From: Chlorobaculum sp.
GTDB lineage: Bacteria > Bacteroidota > Chlorobiia > Chlorobiales > Chlorobiaceae
Assembly: GCA_035561035.1 (NCBI GenBank)
Contig: DATMYI010000064.1
Location: forward strand, 6,414-70,413
DNA length: 64,000 nucleotides
Direction of reading: 5' to 3'
The notes under the pieces were generated by a model, which did no database searches, was not told the origin of the DNA, and saw only the letters and a program-made list of their open reading frames with translations. The translations under genes and the position numbers were made by a program. Shown here piece by piece: positions 18,110 to 31,703 of this stretch (position 1 is the stretch's first letter; each line of letters starts with the position of its first letter).

Positions 18110-18145
18110 TCTTAAGGCCTTTCTTCAGGCCCTCCCGGCCATTCT

Positions 18146-18922
18146 TCACTCCAACCTTTGGCGCATCGCCTCATAGAGCATCACCCCTGTGGCGACGCTG
18201 ACGTTGAGGGATTCGACGCACCCGGCCATCGGTATGCGAACGACCTCGTCGCAACGCTTGCGGGCCTCGGAACCCAGACCGGCTCCCTCGGCACCCATGA
18301 CGAGAACCGTAGGACGACGCCAGTCGAGATCGGTATGGTTCTTTTCGGCATCCATGTCGGCCGCGACAATGAGAAATCCGCGATCGCGAAGGAGGTCGAG
18401 GCTTTTGACCAGGCTCTTCACCTTGCAGACGCGCATGTGGGACAACGCTCCTGCCGAAGCCTTGTGGACGGAGGCGTTGACAGGCGAACCCTTGCCGTCG
18501 ATCAGGACGACCGCATCGGCCGCGACCGCTTCGGCGGTCCGGATGATCGCGCCAACGTTGTGCGGGTCCTCCAGCCCGTCGAGAATCACGAGCAGCGGCG
18601 AGCTGTTTCTCGGTGAGGCGAGCACCTCGTCGAGGCTGTAGAAGGTCGTGCTGGTGAGCAGTGCACAGACTCCCTGGTTCTTGGCGGTCCCGGAAATAAG
18701 CGTGAGCTTCTCCATGCGTGCCTTGCCGCAGGGAATTTTCAGCCTTCTCGCCGTGATGATGATCTCCTTGAGCTTGGGATGGGAGGTGTTGAACTGGAGA
18801 TAGATCTTCTCGACGGTCTCCGGTTTGGTCTGTAAAAGCTCGACGACGGCATTCCTGCCATAGACTACCTGCTCGCGAAGTTCCTGGGCCGGGGCACCGG
18901 CATTCACTGTTTTATCCAACAA
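18146..18922 (-). CDS. rlmB: 23S rRNA (G2251-2'-O)-methyltransferase, TrmH/SpoU family
   Basis: VYGRNAV, LDGLEDPHNVGAIIRTA, KASAGA, MGAEGAG, IPMAGCVESLNVSVA; TTG start at 18922 or 18919. Confidence 0.9.
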   Translation of the reverse strand: MLDKTVNAGAPAQELREQVVYGRNAVVELLQTKPETVEKIYLQFNTSHPKLKEIIITARRLKIPCGKARMEKLTLISGTAKNQGVCALLTSTTFYSLDEVLASPRNSSPLLVILDGLEDPHNVGAIIRTAEAVAADAVVLIDGKGSPVNASVHKASAGALSHMRVCKVKSLVKSLDLLRDRGFLIVAADMDAEKNHTDLDWRRPTVLVMGAEGAGLGSEARKRCDEVVRIPMAGCVESLNVSVATGVMLYEAMRQRLE

Positions 18923-19150
18923 TCGCCCCCTCCCGGGGAGCCTGGTTCATGGGTGAAAAGTACCTGCCCGTGTGGGCTGCACGAAAAGCTTTCAGAATTG
19001 AAGTATATCAGTTTTTTTCATATCTTGGAAAGCACACTCGAGCTTTCTTTACCGCGATCGTAACATTTCCCGTTCCTTCGAGGTTTACATTTCGAGAATC
19101 GCGCAGGTCCCAACACAAGTCCCAGCAATCATAATCCAGTTATTGATCGT

Positions 19151-22708
<3,558 letters not shown>

Positions 22709-22719
22709 GCGGTACTCTG

Positions 22720-22762
22720 CATAAAGCAAAAAGCGGTCAATTGGCCGCTTTTTTGCTTTATG
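22720..22762. terminator. Bidirectional intrinsic terminator
   Basis: CATAAAGCAAAAAGCGGTCAA/TTGGCCGCTTTTTTGCTTTATG between convergent genes. Confidence 0.8.
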
Positions 22763-22786
22763 GAACTTGGAGATACGATACCGCTC

Positions 22787-24544
22787 CTACTTTGAAGCCT
22801 TCGACTTCCCCGCTTTCGATTTTTCGAACATCTCCCTCGCCTTTTCCGGATTTCCGAGCTTTTCATAGACCTGACCGAGATGCTGATAAATTTCAGCCTC
22901 CTCTATCCCTGTTGCAAGTGACTTTTCGATCATTTCCCTCGCCAGATCGTAATTGCCGAGACGATAATGCACCCAGCCCAGCGTATCGAGAAAAACACCG
23001 TTGTCCGGCTCGAGCATGACGGCATTTTCGGCAAGTTTGAGAGCTTTTGGCAGCCGGGCACCCTCTTCGGCAAGAAGATAGGCGAGGTTGTTCATGGCAA
23101 GCGTGTTATGCGCGTCGAGTTCCAGCACCCTGAGGTAAGCCTCACGACAGCTTTTCTTCCTGCCGAGGGCATCGTAGGCCATTGCCAGGTTGGCGTTCGC
23201 CTGAACCAGGAGTTCCTGGTCGCGTATCGGTGGGTTGGCCCTTACGACCGTTTCCAGGACGGCGGCGGCCCTCTTCGGCGAACCGCCATGCAGCAAAGCA
23301 TATCCCTCGATCGTTTTCCATCTGGCCATATGTCGGGGAAGCCTTTTTTTCGCCTTTGCCAGGAGATCGAAGGCCTTACGGTTCTCGGCAAGGTCAAGCT
23401 GGGTCATGATCAGGTATTCCCATGCAGTGACGTTTCCGCTATCGAGAAGAATCGCTTTCCTGAAGCAGGCCATCGCCTCCTGTCCTTTGTCGCGCCTCAT
23501 TTCATAAATCCCCTTCAGCAGGTAAATCCTGGTGTCACGGGGATGACGGGCAATGATTTCGTCGACCAGGTGATGGGCCGGTTCGACATACAGTGAATCT
23601 TTTTCTGAACGGACCAGATAGATCCTGGCGACATCAATGAACGTATCGTCCGACGACGGCCTGAGTTCAAGAAAGGCAGAAAGTTCACGCTTATAATCAG
23701 CAAGTCGACCTGCCCTTATGTAGTAATCGAACATGGCGATCCAGGCCGGATAAAAATGCCGGTCTGCGGAGATGAGTGCTTTGTAGGTGGCCAGGGCCAG
23801 ATCGTCCTGACCATTCTGTGCATACAGGTCGCCAAGAGTGAGTTGAAGTTTCGCATCGTCGTCGCTCTGCCTGATCAACTGCTTGAGGGTAACGATCGCT
23901 TCCTGATAGCGTTTGAGACGGATTTGCAGCAACAACGCCTGTGAAAGAGCCTCATCGTTGAACGGATCGATCTGAACCACTTTCTCAATCACCTCAAGGG
24001 CCTGCTCGGGATGGTTTCCCGCCAGATATTCGAGGGCCTGCAGGTACATCATGTCGATTCGCCGTGAATCGGAGAGAGCCACCTTGCCGTAGAGATCGGC
24101 CGCCCGGTCGTAATCCTGCATGTCATGGGCAACCCGCGCAAGATACCTCGCGTAATAACTGTTGCCGGGATCGAGTTTGACGGCCGTCTCTCCGTGCACT
24201 CTTGCCGAATCGAGAACGGCCAGGCTGTAATAGGCCCGTGATATCGAATAGTGGAGTGCTGGTTCGTCCGGCCTGACGCCCTCGACCTTGCGGAAGCTTT
24301 CGATAGCCCCCTGGAAATCGCCTTTCATGGCAAGAAACAGTCCGCGCACATATTCTGGCATCGCCCCTGCCTTCAGGGAGGGCGCCGGACCGGCCCTCTC
24401 TTCTGAGGAACGCCCATCCCCGCGGGACAACACTCCTTGCCTGGCTGACGCATCCGGAACCATCGAGGCAAAAAGGGAGAGAATACAAACGACCTTGAAC
24501 AAGCGTCGCCGGGTTGCCTCACCATATATCGGCTTACCGTCCAT
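22787..24544 (-). CDS. Exported multi-TPR protein
   Basis: Many TPRs, C-terminal [10 protein letters not shown]...[13 protein letters not shown]...[10 protein letters not shown]; likely start ATG 24544 overlapping the ruvB end (start uncertain). Confidence 0.85.
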   Translation of the reverse strand: MDGKPIYGEATRRRLFKVVCILSLFASMVPDASARQGVLSRGDGRSSEERAGPAPSLKAGAMPEYVRGLFLAMKGDFQGAIESFRKVEGVRPDEPALHYSISRAYYSLAVLDSARVHGETAVKLDPGNSYYARYLARVAHDMQDYDRAADLYGKVALSDSRRIDMMYLQALEYLAGNHPEQALEVIEKVVQIDPFNDEALSQALLLQIRLKRYQEAIVTLKQLIRQSDDDAKLQLTLGDLYAQNGQDDLALATYKALISADRHFYPAWIAMFDYYIRAGRLADYKRELSAFLELRPSSDDTFIDVARIYLVRSEKDSLYVEPAHHLVDEIIARHPRDTRIYLLKGIYEMRRDKGQEAMACFRKAILLDSGNVTAWEYLIMTQLDLAENRKAFDLLAKAKKRLPRHMARWKTIEGYALLHGGSPKRAAAVLETVVRANPPIRDQELLVQANANLAMAYDALGRKKSCREAYLRVLELDAHNTLAMNNLAYLLAEEGARLPKALKLAENAVMLEPDNGVFLDTLGWVHYRLGNYDLAREMIEKSLATGIEEAEIYQHLGQVYEKLGNPEKAREMFEKSKAGKSKASK

Positions 24545-25574
24545 GGACTCCGGGCTCGTCGAACAACGGGCCGGAGCCCTGGCTGCCGGAACTGGAGAAC
24601 CTGTCGAGTGCAAGTCTAGTGGCGACCCTTCCCCGCGGCGTCCTGGCAAGGTAGCCCACCTGGATAAGGTATGGTTCATAGACCTCTTCGATGGTATCCT
24701 GCTCCTCCCCGACCGAAACAGCCAGAGAGCCCAGGCCGACAGGACCGCCTCCGAATTTGTGGATAACGGCATGCAGGATTTTCTTGTCCATATCGTCAAG
24801 TCCACCATCGTCGATCTCCAGCGATTCCAGGGTTTGTTTCGCGACAGGCAGCGATACCGATGTCAGGTTGGCGACCTGGGCGAAGTCCCGGGCCCTTTTC
24901 AAAAGCCGGTTTGCGATACGAGGAGTGCCCCTTGAACGCCTTGCGATCTCCATGGCGGCAGCAATGTCGATACCGATATTCAGGATCTCGGCAGACCGGA
25001 CGATGATGTCCTGGAGAATTTCCGGGCTGTAATAGTCGAGGCGACTGTTGATGCCGAACCTCGCCCGCAACGGAGAGGTGAGCATACCGGACCTGGTGGT
25101 GGCGCCGACCAGCGTGAAGGGTTCGAGCTTGAGCTGGACGGCCCTCGATGCCGGCCCGCTGTCGAGCAGAATGTCGATGCGGTAATCCTCCATGGCTGAA
25201 TAGAGGTACTCTTCGACGGCGGGGGCGAGACGGTGGATTTCGTCGATAAAAAGGATGTCCCCCTTCTTCAGGCTGGTCAACAGGCCTGCGAGGTTGCCCG
25301 GCTTGTCGATCAGCGGGCCCGAGGTGATTTTAATGCCGCCGCCCATCTCCGTGGCGATGATGTGGGCGAGCGTGGTCTTGCCGAGGCCGGGAGGACCTGA
25401 AAGCAGCACATGGTCGAGGGCGTCGCCGCGCTTCCTTGCCGCGGTGATGAACACCTTCAGGTTGTCCGTCAGTTTTTTCTGGCCGGCGAAATCGCCCATG
25501 CTCTGCGGTCGTATCTGCTCTTCGAACCGGACCTCAACGGGATCCGGAACGGTATTCAACAGTTCAATCCTCAC
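24534..25574 (-). CDS. ruvB: Holliday junction branch migration helicase RuvB
   Basis: [48 protein letters not shown]...RTPRGR. Confidence 0.97.
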   Translation of the reverse strand: MRIELLNTVPDPVEVRFEEQIRPQSMGDFAGQKKLTDNLKVFITAARKRGDALDHVLLSGPPGLGKTTLAHIIATEMGGGIKITSGPLIDKPGNLAGLLTSLKKGDILFIDEIHRLAPAVEEYLYSAMEDYRIDILLDSGPASRAVQLKLEPFTLVGATTRSGMLTSPLRARFGINSRLDYYSPEILQDIIVRSAEILNIGIDIAAAMEIARRSRGTPRIANRLLKRARDFAQVANLTSVSLPVAKQTLESLEIDDGGLDDMDKKILHAVIHKFGGGPVGLGSLAVSVGEEQDTIEEVYEPYLIQVGYLARTPRGRVATRLALDRFSSSGSQGSGPLFDEPGVHGR

Positions 25575-25603
25575 TCACATCAAGGTTTTGAGGTTCAGGC
25601 GTC

Positions 25604-26569
25604 TCACAGTTTGATCCTTGGGTCCACCACGGCATACAGCACGTCGGACAGGAGGTTGCCGAGCACGATCAGCGCACCGGAAACGAAGGTGTTGGCGATG
25701 ATCAAAGGATAATCGCGGGCAAAAATCGCCTCGACGGTCACACGCCCCATCCCGGGAAAGGCGAAGATCACCTCGATGAACAGGGCCCCGCTGAAAATGA
25801 ACGGAAGCGAGCTGCCCATGAGGGTGACCACCGGCAACAAAGCGTTGCGCAGCGCGTGCTTCATGATGACTACCCTCTCGGACAGCCCTTTGGCCCTTGC
25901 CGTACGGATATAGTCCTGGCGGATCACTTCGAGCATGCTCCCCCGGACGTAGCGGGCGATGCCGGCGGCACCGTTGATGCTGAGCACCGTAACCGGTAGC
26001 GCCAGATGCCAGATCCGGTCGAGCACGAAACCGAAGGTACCGTAATTTTCGGCGCCGACCTCGTTGAGGCCGGAAACAGGAAAGATCGGAAACTTGAGCG
26101 CGAAGAGAATGATCATCATCAGGGCGAACCAGAACTCGGGCATGGAATAGAAAAAGAGCGCCGTGACCGTCAGGAACCGGTCCAGGAAGGTGTTCTGCCG
26201 GACGGCCGAAATGACTCCGATGATGATCCCGAACGCGAAGTTTGCTATCAGCGTCAGGACGGCGATGGTCATGGTCACCGGCAGCGATTCGGCGATCACC
26301 TCCAGCACCGGCTGCTGGGCGCGGCTGAAGCTTCGTCCGAAATCACCGTGCAGCACGTTGCCGAGCCACTTGACGTACTGGACCGGCAGCGGATCGTTGA
26401 GGCCGTATTGCTGCCTGATCTGCTCCGCAACCTTGGGGCTGATGCCCGGCTGGATGAAAAATGCCGCCGGATCACCGGGCGCGAGCCTGATGATGAAGAA
26501 GGTCAGGGTCAGCACCCCGAAAATCAGGGGCACGGCGATCAGAAGCCGCTTGAAGATATATTTCGCCAT
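25604..26569 (-). CDS. Peptide ABC transporter permease (DppB/OppB-like)
   Basis: LAPGDPA, GDFGRS, DYIRTARAKGL...HALRNALLP, EVIFAFPGMG. Confidence 0.92.
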   Translation of the reverse strand: MAKYIFKRLLIAVPLIFGVLTLTFFIIRLAPGDPAAFFIQPGISPKVAEQIRQQYGLNDPLPVQYVKWLGNVLHGDFGRSFSRAQQPVLEVIAESLPVTMTIAVLTLIANFAFGIIIGVISAVRQNTFLDRFLTVTALFFYSMPEFWFALMMIILFALKFPIFPVSGLNEVGAENYGTFGFVLDRIWHLALPVTVLSINGAAGIARYVRGSMLEVIRQDYIRTARAKGLSERVVIMKHALRNALLPVVTLMGSSLPFIFSGALFIEVIFAFPGMGRVTVEAIFARDYPLIIANTFVSGALIVLGNLLSDVLYAVVDPRIKL

Positions 26570-26573
26570 CTCG

Positions 26574-28355
26574 TTACGGTGCTACGCTGGCCGACGGCTT
26601 CAGGGTCCAGTCGTCGATGTTGTAGAAAGTGCCTGCTATGTTAAGCTCCGCCCCCTGGATCCTCCTGTTGAACCCTTGTGTCTCCTTGATCCAGTAAAGG
26701 AAGGTGATCGGCTGTTCGTTATGAAGGATCTTCTGGTACTCGATCCAGTATGGACGTGCATCCTCGGGGCGCATCTTCGACTTGGCAAGGTTGCAGAGCT
26801 GGTCTATCCTCGGATTGATGTAGCCCGGGAAGTTGAAACGGCTTTTGTCGAGGTCGGAACCCCAGACGTCCATCGGATCGATCTCAAGGCCGATCGACCA
26901 TCCGGCCATCCATGCGTCGAGCTTCCTGTTGTGCAGGTTCTCAAAAAAGACGTTGGACTCCTGGAACTCGATCTTGCATTCGATGCCTATCTCCTTGAGG
27001 TTCTGCTGGATCACCACGCAGGCGTAGTTCCGGCGGGGGTTGCCCGCGTTCGAATAAAGCGTGAAGCTGAAGCGTTTCCCGTTCTTCTGCCTGATGCCGT
27101 CGGATCCCGGCAACCATCCCTCCTTTTCGAGCAGCTTCACGGCGAGCGCCTGGTCGAAGGCGTGAGGCTTGATCGTGTCGTCATAGGCCCATTTCAGGGA
27201 CGGGGAAATGTCGGTATTGCAGAGGACGCCATAGTCGCCGAGGAACCCGTCGATGATCGCCTGGCGGTCGATGGCGTGGGTAAGGGCCAGCCTGACGGCG
27301 GCTGAGCCGAAAAGAGGATGGGGACGGAACTTGCCGGTTTTATGGAAATACTCCTGGTCGATGTTCATCCACCCGACATAGTCGTAGACCTTGAGGCCGA
27401 TGGCCTTCACGTCGATGGACGGGTTGGTTTTCTTCAGCGATACGAAATCCTCCGGCTTGATGTTCTCGACCACATCGACATCCCCCGTCTGAAGCTGGCC
27501 GAGGCGCACGGTATAGTCGGGCACCACCCTGAACATGATGCGCTTGATGTTTCCCGGCTTGGGCAGGATGCAGGCTTTGTTGGACGTGAGGATGACCTCC
27601 GACTGCTTGTTCCATGCCTGGAGGCGGTAGGTTCCTGCGCCGAGCGGCTGCTGGTTGAGCCTGGACTCCCTGAACTCCTGCGGCTTGACATCCTTCCAGA
27701 TATGCTCCGGAATCGGCGTCATCGAGGTGTGGGCAAGGGCGATGTATTCGGGCACCGGCTTGTAGAACCTGAAGATGAGGGTCGTGTCGTCCGGAGTCTC
27801 GATCGCCTTGTCGAAATCTACCTGTCCCTTGTCTGCGCCGACGAGTTCGGCCAGTGCCTGCTGGCGCGGGCTGGCGATCACCGGATTGCCGTAGAGCCTG
27901 TAGGCGAATTTGAAATCGTGGGAGGTGATCGGATGCCCGTCATCCCATTTGGCGTCTTTCCTGAGGATATAGGTGATCGAAAGGTGATCGGGCGCCATGG
28001 TCCAGGTCCTGGCGAGCGCAGATTGGGGCGAACGGCCGATGGCTTTCGGCGAAGAGGTACGAAGTTTCTTTTCCATGGCCACGTAATTGAGCAAGCCTGT
28101 CTCCGGGTCGAACTCGTTCTGGAGCAGCGTGGGGTATATCAGGCCCGTGATGTTGGCCGATGTCACGGAAGCCCCGATCACCGGGTTGATGTAATCCGCA
28201 TCCGCGAGCATGCTGATGACCAGCGTGGAGTCCTTCGCCGACGCCGACAACCCATCCTTGTGGTTCGATTTCGAACAGGCCGTCAACAGCGTAACGGCGG
28301 CAAGGAGAAGAAGTGGCAGAAACGGGTGGAGGCTCTTATTCGATTTCTTCGTCAT
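26574..28355 (-). CDS. Peptide ABC transporter substrate-binding lipoprotein (family 5)
   Basis: Lipobox LLTACS; LRKDAKWDDGHPITSHD, PLGAGTY, VRLALTHAIDR; start set to MTKKS ATG 28355. Confidence 0.9.
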   Translation of the reverse strand: MTKKSNKSLHPFLPLLLLAAVTLLTACSKSNHKDGLSASAKDSTLVISMLADADYINPVIGASVTSANITGLIYPTLLQNEFDPETGLLNYVAMEKKLRTSSPKAIGRSPQSALARTWTMAPDHLSITYILRKDAKWDDGHPITSHDFKFAYRLYGNPVIASPRQQALAELVGADKGQVDFDKAIETPDDTTLIFRFYKPVPEYIALAHTSMTPIPEHIWKDVKPQEFRESRLNQQPLGAGTYRLQAWNKQSEVILTSNKACILPKPGNIKRIMFRVVPDYTVRLGQLQTGDVDVVENIKPEDFVSLKKTNPSIDVKAIGLKVYDYVGWMNIDQEYFHKTGKFRPHPLFGSAAVRLALTHAIDRQAIIDGFLGDYGVLCNTDISPSLKWAYDDTIKPHAFDQALAVKLLEKEGWLPGSDGIRQKNGKRFSFTLYSNAGNPRRNYACVVIQQNLKEIGIECKIEFQESNVFFENLHNRKLDAWMAGWSIGLEIDPMDVWGSDLDKSRFNFPGYINPRIDQLCNLAKSKMRPEDARPYWIEYQKILHNEQPITFLYWIKETQGFNRRIQGAELNIAGTFYNIDDWTLKPSASVAP

Positions 28356-29364
28356 GATAATCGGTAATGGTTGACTGGCCGGGCGATCCGCCACGGTCCT
28401 TGTTGATTACGGTTCGTATCCTTTCGGTAAGCGCTTCGGCGGCTACATAACCTGCATAACGCTTCAGCAGGAAATTCAGTGCCACCACCTCGATGATGAC
28501 CGTGATGTTTTTTCCGGGAAAGATCGGCAGCTGGACAAGCGGCAGATCGACTCCGAGCACCTTGACGGTTTTCGTGTCGAGCCCAAGCCGTTCGTATTCG
28601 GCTTCACTGCTCCATTCCAGAAGCTCCACCACGACCTGGACCACCTTTCTGTCGCGGATCGCCCTGATGCCGAAAGTCGCTTTGACATCTACGACACCAA
28701 GCCCCCTGATCTCCATGAAATGGTCGATGATGTTGTTTCTCGAAGCGATGATCGTGGCGTTCTCCCCCTTGCGTTTGAGCACGACGACATCGTCCGCCAC
28801 AAGCCCGTGTCCCCTTTCGACAAGGTCGAGCGCGATTTCCGACTTGCCGAGGCCGCTTTTTCCTGTGATAAGCACGCCGACGCCGTAAACATCGACCATC
28901 GATCCGTGATACTGCTGGTACATCGAAAACTGCTCGTCGAGGAAATCGGTGATGAGATAGATCGCCTTGGTGGAGGACTGCCGGGTAATGAATACCGGTA
29001 TGCCTGCTTCGGTAGCCATGGCGAGCAGATCAGGCTCGAGCTTGTTGTTGCTGGTCAGGATGATGCACGGCATCCTGAACTTGACGAAATTGGCGAATGC
29101 GAGCTTCCGGTCTTCGGGGCTGAGATGGTTGAGAAACCGGGTTTCGGTATTGCCGAGAATCTGCACCCGTTTATAGGTGAACAGGTTGGTGAACCCCGCA
29201 ATGGCGAGACCGGGACGATGGAGATCGCGTTCGAAGATGCGCCGATTCTGCTCGTCGACATTGTTCAGTCGTCGAAGCCTGATATCGAATTTCTTCACGA
29301 TGTTCTCAAAAAAATAGGCGACCGTAATTGATCGCTTTTTCAATCCCTTCTGGTCAAAGTTCAT
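28336..29364 (-). CDS. hprK: HPr(Ser) kinase/phosphorylase
   Basis: RPGLAIAGF, HGSMVDVYGVGVLITGKSGLGKSE, LVADD, MEIRGLG. Confidence 0.95.
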   Translation of the reverse strand: MNFDQKGLKKRSITVAYFFENIVKKFDIRLRRLNNVDEQNRRIFERDLHRPGLAIAGFTNLFTYKRVQILGNTETRFLNHLSPEDRKLAFANFVKFRMPCIILTSNNKLEPDLLAMATEAGIPVFITRQSSTKAIYLITDFLDEQFSMYQQYHGSMVDVYGVGVLITGKSGLGKSEIALDLVERGHGLVADDVVVLKRKGENATIIASRNNIIDHFMEIRGLGVVDVKATFGIRAIRDRKVVQVVVELLEWSSEAEYERLGLDTKTVKVLGVDLPLVQLPIFPGKNITVIIEVVALNFLLKRYAGYVAAEALTERIRTVINKDRGGSPGQSTITDYHDEEIE

Positions 29365-29442
29365 GCTCGGGAAATCATGATTGTTGATTACTGGTCATAT
29401 CAGAACAGGGCCAGCATGCTGACCCTGTTCTGATGTCGAATT

Positions 29443-29769
29443 TCAGATATTCCGCTGTTTTTCCTTGAATTTCTTGAGCTGTCTGGAAAGAGAATCGATG
29501 CAGCTGTCTATGGCCTGCTCGTAGGTAACGCCTGACTCCCTCGCCACAAAATCGTGCTGCGGGACATGAACGGTGATTTCGGCCAGCTTGTTCTGCTCGT
29601 AATCGTTCTTCTGGTGGTCGAGAATGATATGACAATTGAGCGGCGCCGGATAATATTTTGTAAGACCCGATGCAGCGTTGCGCGCATAGTCTTCTATGGT
29701 GCTGTGATTATTGGAATGGCGAAGGGTAACCTTGACGGCAACCGCATCACTGGTAACGGATTTTGTCAT
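29443..29769 (-). CDS. hpf: Ribosome hibernation factor HPF/RaiA
   Basis: GGAGG RBS before ATG 29769; VTLRH...IEDYA...AEITVHVP...YEQAID...RQLKKFKEK. Confidence 0.85.
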   Translation of the reverse strand: MTKSVTSDAVAVKVTLRHSNNHSTIEDYARNAASGLTKYYPAPLNCHIILDHQKNDYEQNKLAEITVHVPQHDFVARESGVTYEQAIDSCIDSLSRQLKKFKEKQRNI

Positions 29770-29849
29770 AAATGCCTCCATTGAAATATTTGAAATCTTG
29801 GAAAGAACAGGGCCGAAATGAATCCTCCTTCTGCAAAGCTTCAGGAAGA

Positions 29850-30857
29850 TCAAGCCCTGGGGTGCGCTTTCGTGTAAACCTCCCTGAGCCTGGTGAAGGT
29901 CACATGGGTATAAAGCTCTGTCGTGGTCAGGCTGCTGTGGCCCAGCATTTCACTGACGCTCTTCAGGTCAGCGCCGCTGTTCAGCATGTGAGTGGCAAAA
30001 CTATGCCGGAGAATATGGGGATTTTTCTTTTCCGATTCGGTAACCGAAGAGAGATACCGTTTTGTCATTCTCTGGACAAGCATGGGATATAGCTGTCTGC
30101 CTCTTGTTGTCACGAACGCCTTCGACGATTCTCCGGCCCCCTCTCCAGATATTCTAAAGAAGTTTCGCCTGACTTCAAAATATTTTCTCAGTGCTTCCGC
30201 TGCCGGGTTCCCGAGCGGAACGATCCGCTGTTTCCGGCCTTTTCCGGTAATTTTCAGGAAGCCGTGCAGCAGATCCACGTCACCGCTCTCGAGGCTGGTC
30301 ACTTCCGACAGACGAAGACCGCAGCCATAGAGAACTTCGAGCACCGCCAGATCCCTTGCGGCTTCGTAAATCCGCGCCTCCCCCTTCGGATCGCCAACGT
30401 TGCCGACCAGGTCGCCTGTCTGACTGAATTGTCCGAAAAGCTGACCGGCCTGCTCCTCGCTCAAAAAATCTGGCACTTTCCTGCCGAGTCTTGGAGTCAT
30501 GACGAGGCTGACCGGCGACTGCTCTAGCCTGCCGGTTTCCAGGAGATAGCGGTAGTAGCTTTTGACTGAAGCGAGCTTTCTGGCAATGGATCGCGGCTGT
30601 ATACCCCTGTCGAGCAGGTGCCCCATGAATAACCTGACGTCGACTACCGAAGCCTTGCCGGGATCGACAGCAGCAAAGTCCTCAAGACCACCTTGCTCCT
30701 TCAGAAACGAAAAATACTGGATAAGATCGGCGCGATAGGCCGTTATGGTCCTCGGGGATACGTTTCGCGCGGACCCGAGGAACGAAAGAAACGACACGAG
30801 CCATGGATAGCGGTCGATTTCAGTACTCTCGGGCACAACAGAAGCGGTTTTGCTCAT
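29850..30857 (-). CDS. xerC: Tyrosine recombinase XerC-like
   Basis: SPRTITAYRADL, LYGCGLRLSE, GKGRKQR, HILRHSFATH, LGHSSLTTTELY; in the xerC-hpf-hprK context. Confidence 0.85.
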   Translation of the reverse strand: MSKTASVVPESTEIDRYPWLVSFLSFLGSARNVSPRTITAYRADLIQYFSFLKEQGGLEDFAAVDPGKASVVDVRLFMGHLLDRGIQPRSIARKLASVKSYYRYLLETGRLEQSPVSLVMTPRLGRKVPDFLSEEQAGQLFGQFSQTGDLVGNVGDPKGEARIYEAARDLAVLEVLYGCGLRLSEVTSLESGDVDLLHGFLKITGKGRKQRIVPLGNPAAEALRKYFEVRRNFFRISGEGAGESSKAFVTTRGRQLYPMLVQRMTKRYLSSVTESEKKNPHILRHSFATHMLNSGADLKSVSEMLGHSSLTTTELYTHVTFTRLREVYTKAHPRA

Positions 30858-30863
30858 GGCACC

Positions 30864-31703
30864 TCATTTGATCACAACGCTTATCAACTCCTCGTTATTT
30901 TTAATGTAATACAATGCCTGACCCCTGATAAGGAAATTGTTGAACCGGGGCATGGGTATACCAGATGCCATCGTATCCTTGTAGAGGATGTTGTCCCCGT
31001 TGATGACCTTCAGGCCGGAAACCCAGGAGCCGCCTTCACCGGTCATTCGGTGGCACCCTTCGACCCTCAGGGCTCCGAATACGATGCATTCGACAGGATC
31101 GGTATCCGACTGGAAAAGATCGGGCAGCAGAATCCCCTGCCGTGACTCTTCGCTCTCGGCGGTATCCCGCAAAAGGTTAGGACGCTCGTGTCCTGTGCCG
31201 ATCTGTTCAAGGTCATTTCCCGTCAGCGGATCGAGAAGCAGATATTCACGTTCCGGAAAACCGGCAAAAACTCTCGTCCGGTAGACCAGAAACGAGTCGC
31301 CGAGATTGGCTGCAAAGATCAGCTCCGGCCTGCTCCAGACGACACTCCTACAGGAAAGATCGACTGCCCAAAGACCTGAATGTTCAGGGCTGCCCGGTTG
31401 GAAGGTGTGGCAGAACACCAGCTCGCGATGGGTCGTTTCGAGGCCGATCATCCAGCCATCGCCGACAGGAGTATCCGGCTGGCCTTCGTACTTCAGCACG
31501 AAATCGTCGCAAAGTGCCGCTCCGGTATCCGGATCGAGACAGAACAACGAAGCGCTCCTCTGTGCCGGGAATCGCTTGATGCCCAGCACCCTGGCGCTTT
31601 CGAGAAACATCAGCTGCCAGATCATGGCCCCGTTTCCGCCATGCCATGACCATCGTTTACCGGTATTTTCGGGCATTGCCGGGTTGGAACTTCTCTTTCT
31701 CAC
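30864..31703 (-). CDS. Conserved hypothetical protein (DUF4905-like)
   Basis: Operonic ORF overlapping the upstream stop; W-rich beta-repeat-like pattern (IWQL..., WMIGLE..., PEHSGLWAVD). Confidence 0.6.
   Translation of the reverse strand: MRKRSSNPAMPENTGKRWSWHGGNGAMIWQLMFLESARVLGIKRFPAQRSASLFCLDPDTGAALCDDFVLKYEGQPDTPVGDGWMIGLETTHRELVFCHTFQPGSPEHSGLWAVDLSCRSVVWSRPELIFAANLGDSFLVYRTRVFAGFPEREYLLLDPLTGNDLEQIGTGHERPNLLRDTAESEESRQGILLPDLFQSDTDPVECIVFGALRVEGCHRMTGEGGSWVSGLKVINGDNILYKDTMASGIPMPRFNNFLIRGQALYYIKNNEELISVVIK

Noticed and set aside
29850-30857. Tyrosine recombinase as a mobile-element integrase
   Set aside because: Size, motifs and the xerC-hpf-hprK housekeeping context indicate a chromosomal Xer recombinase
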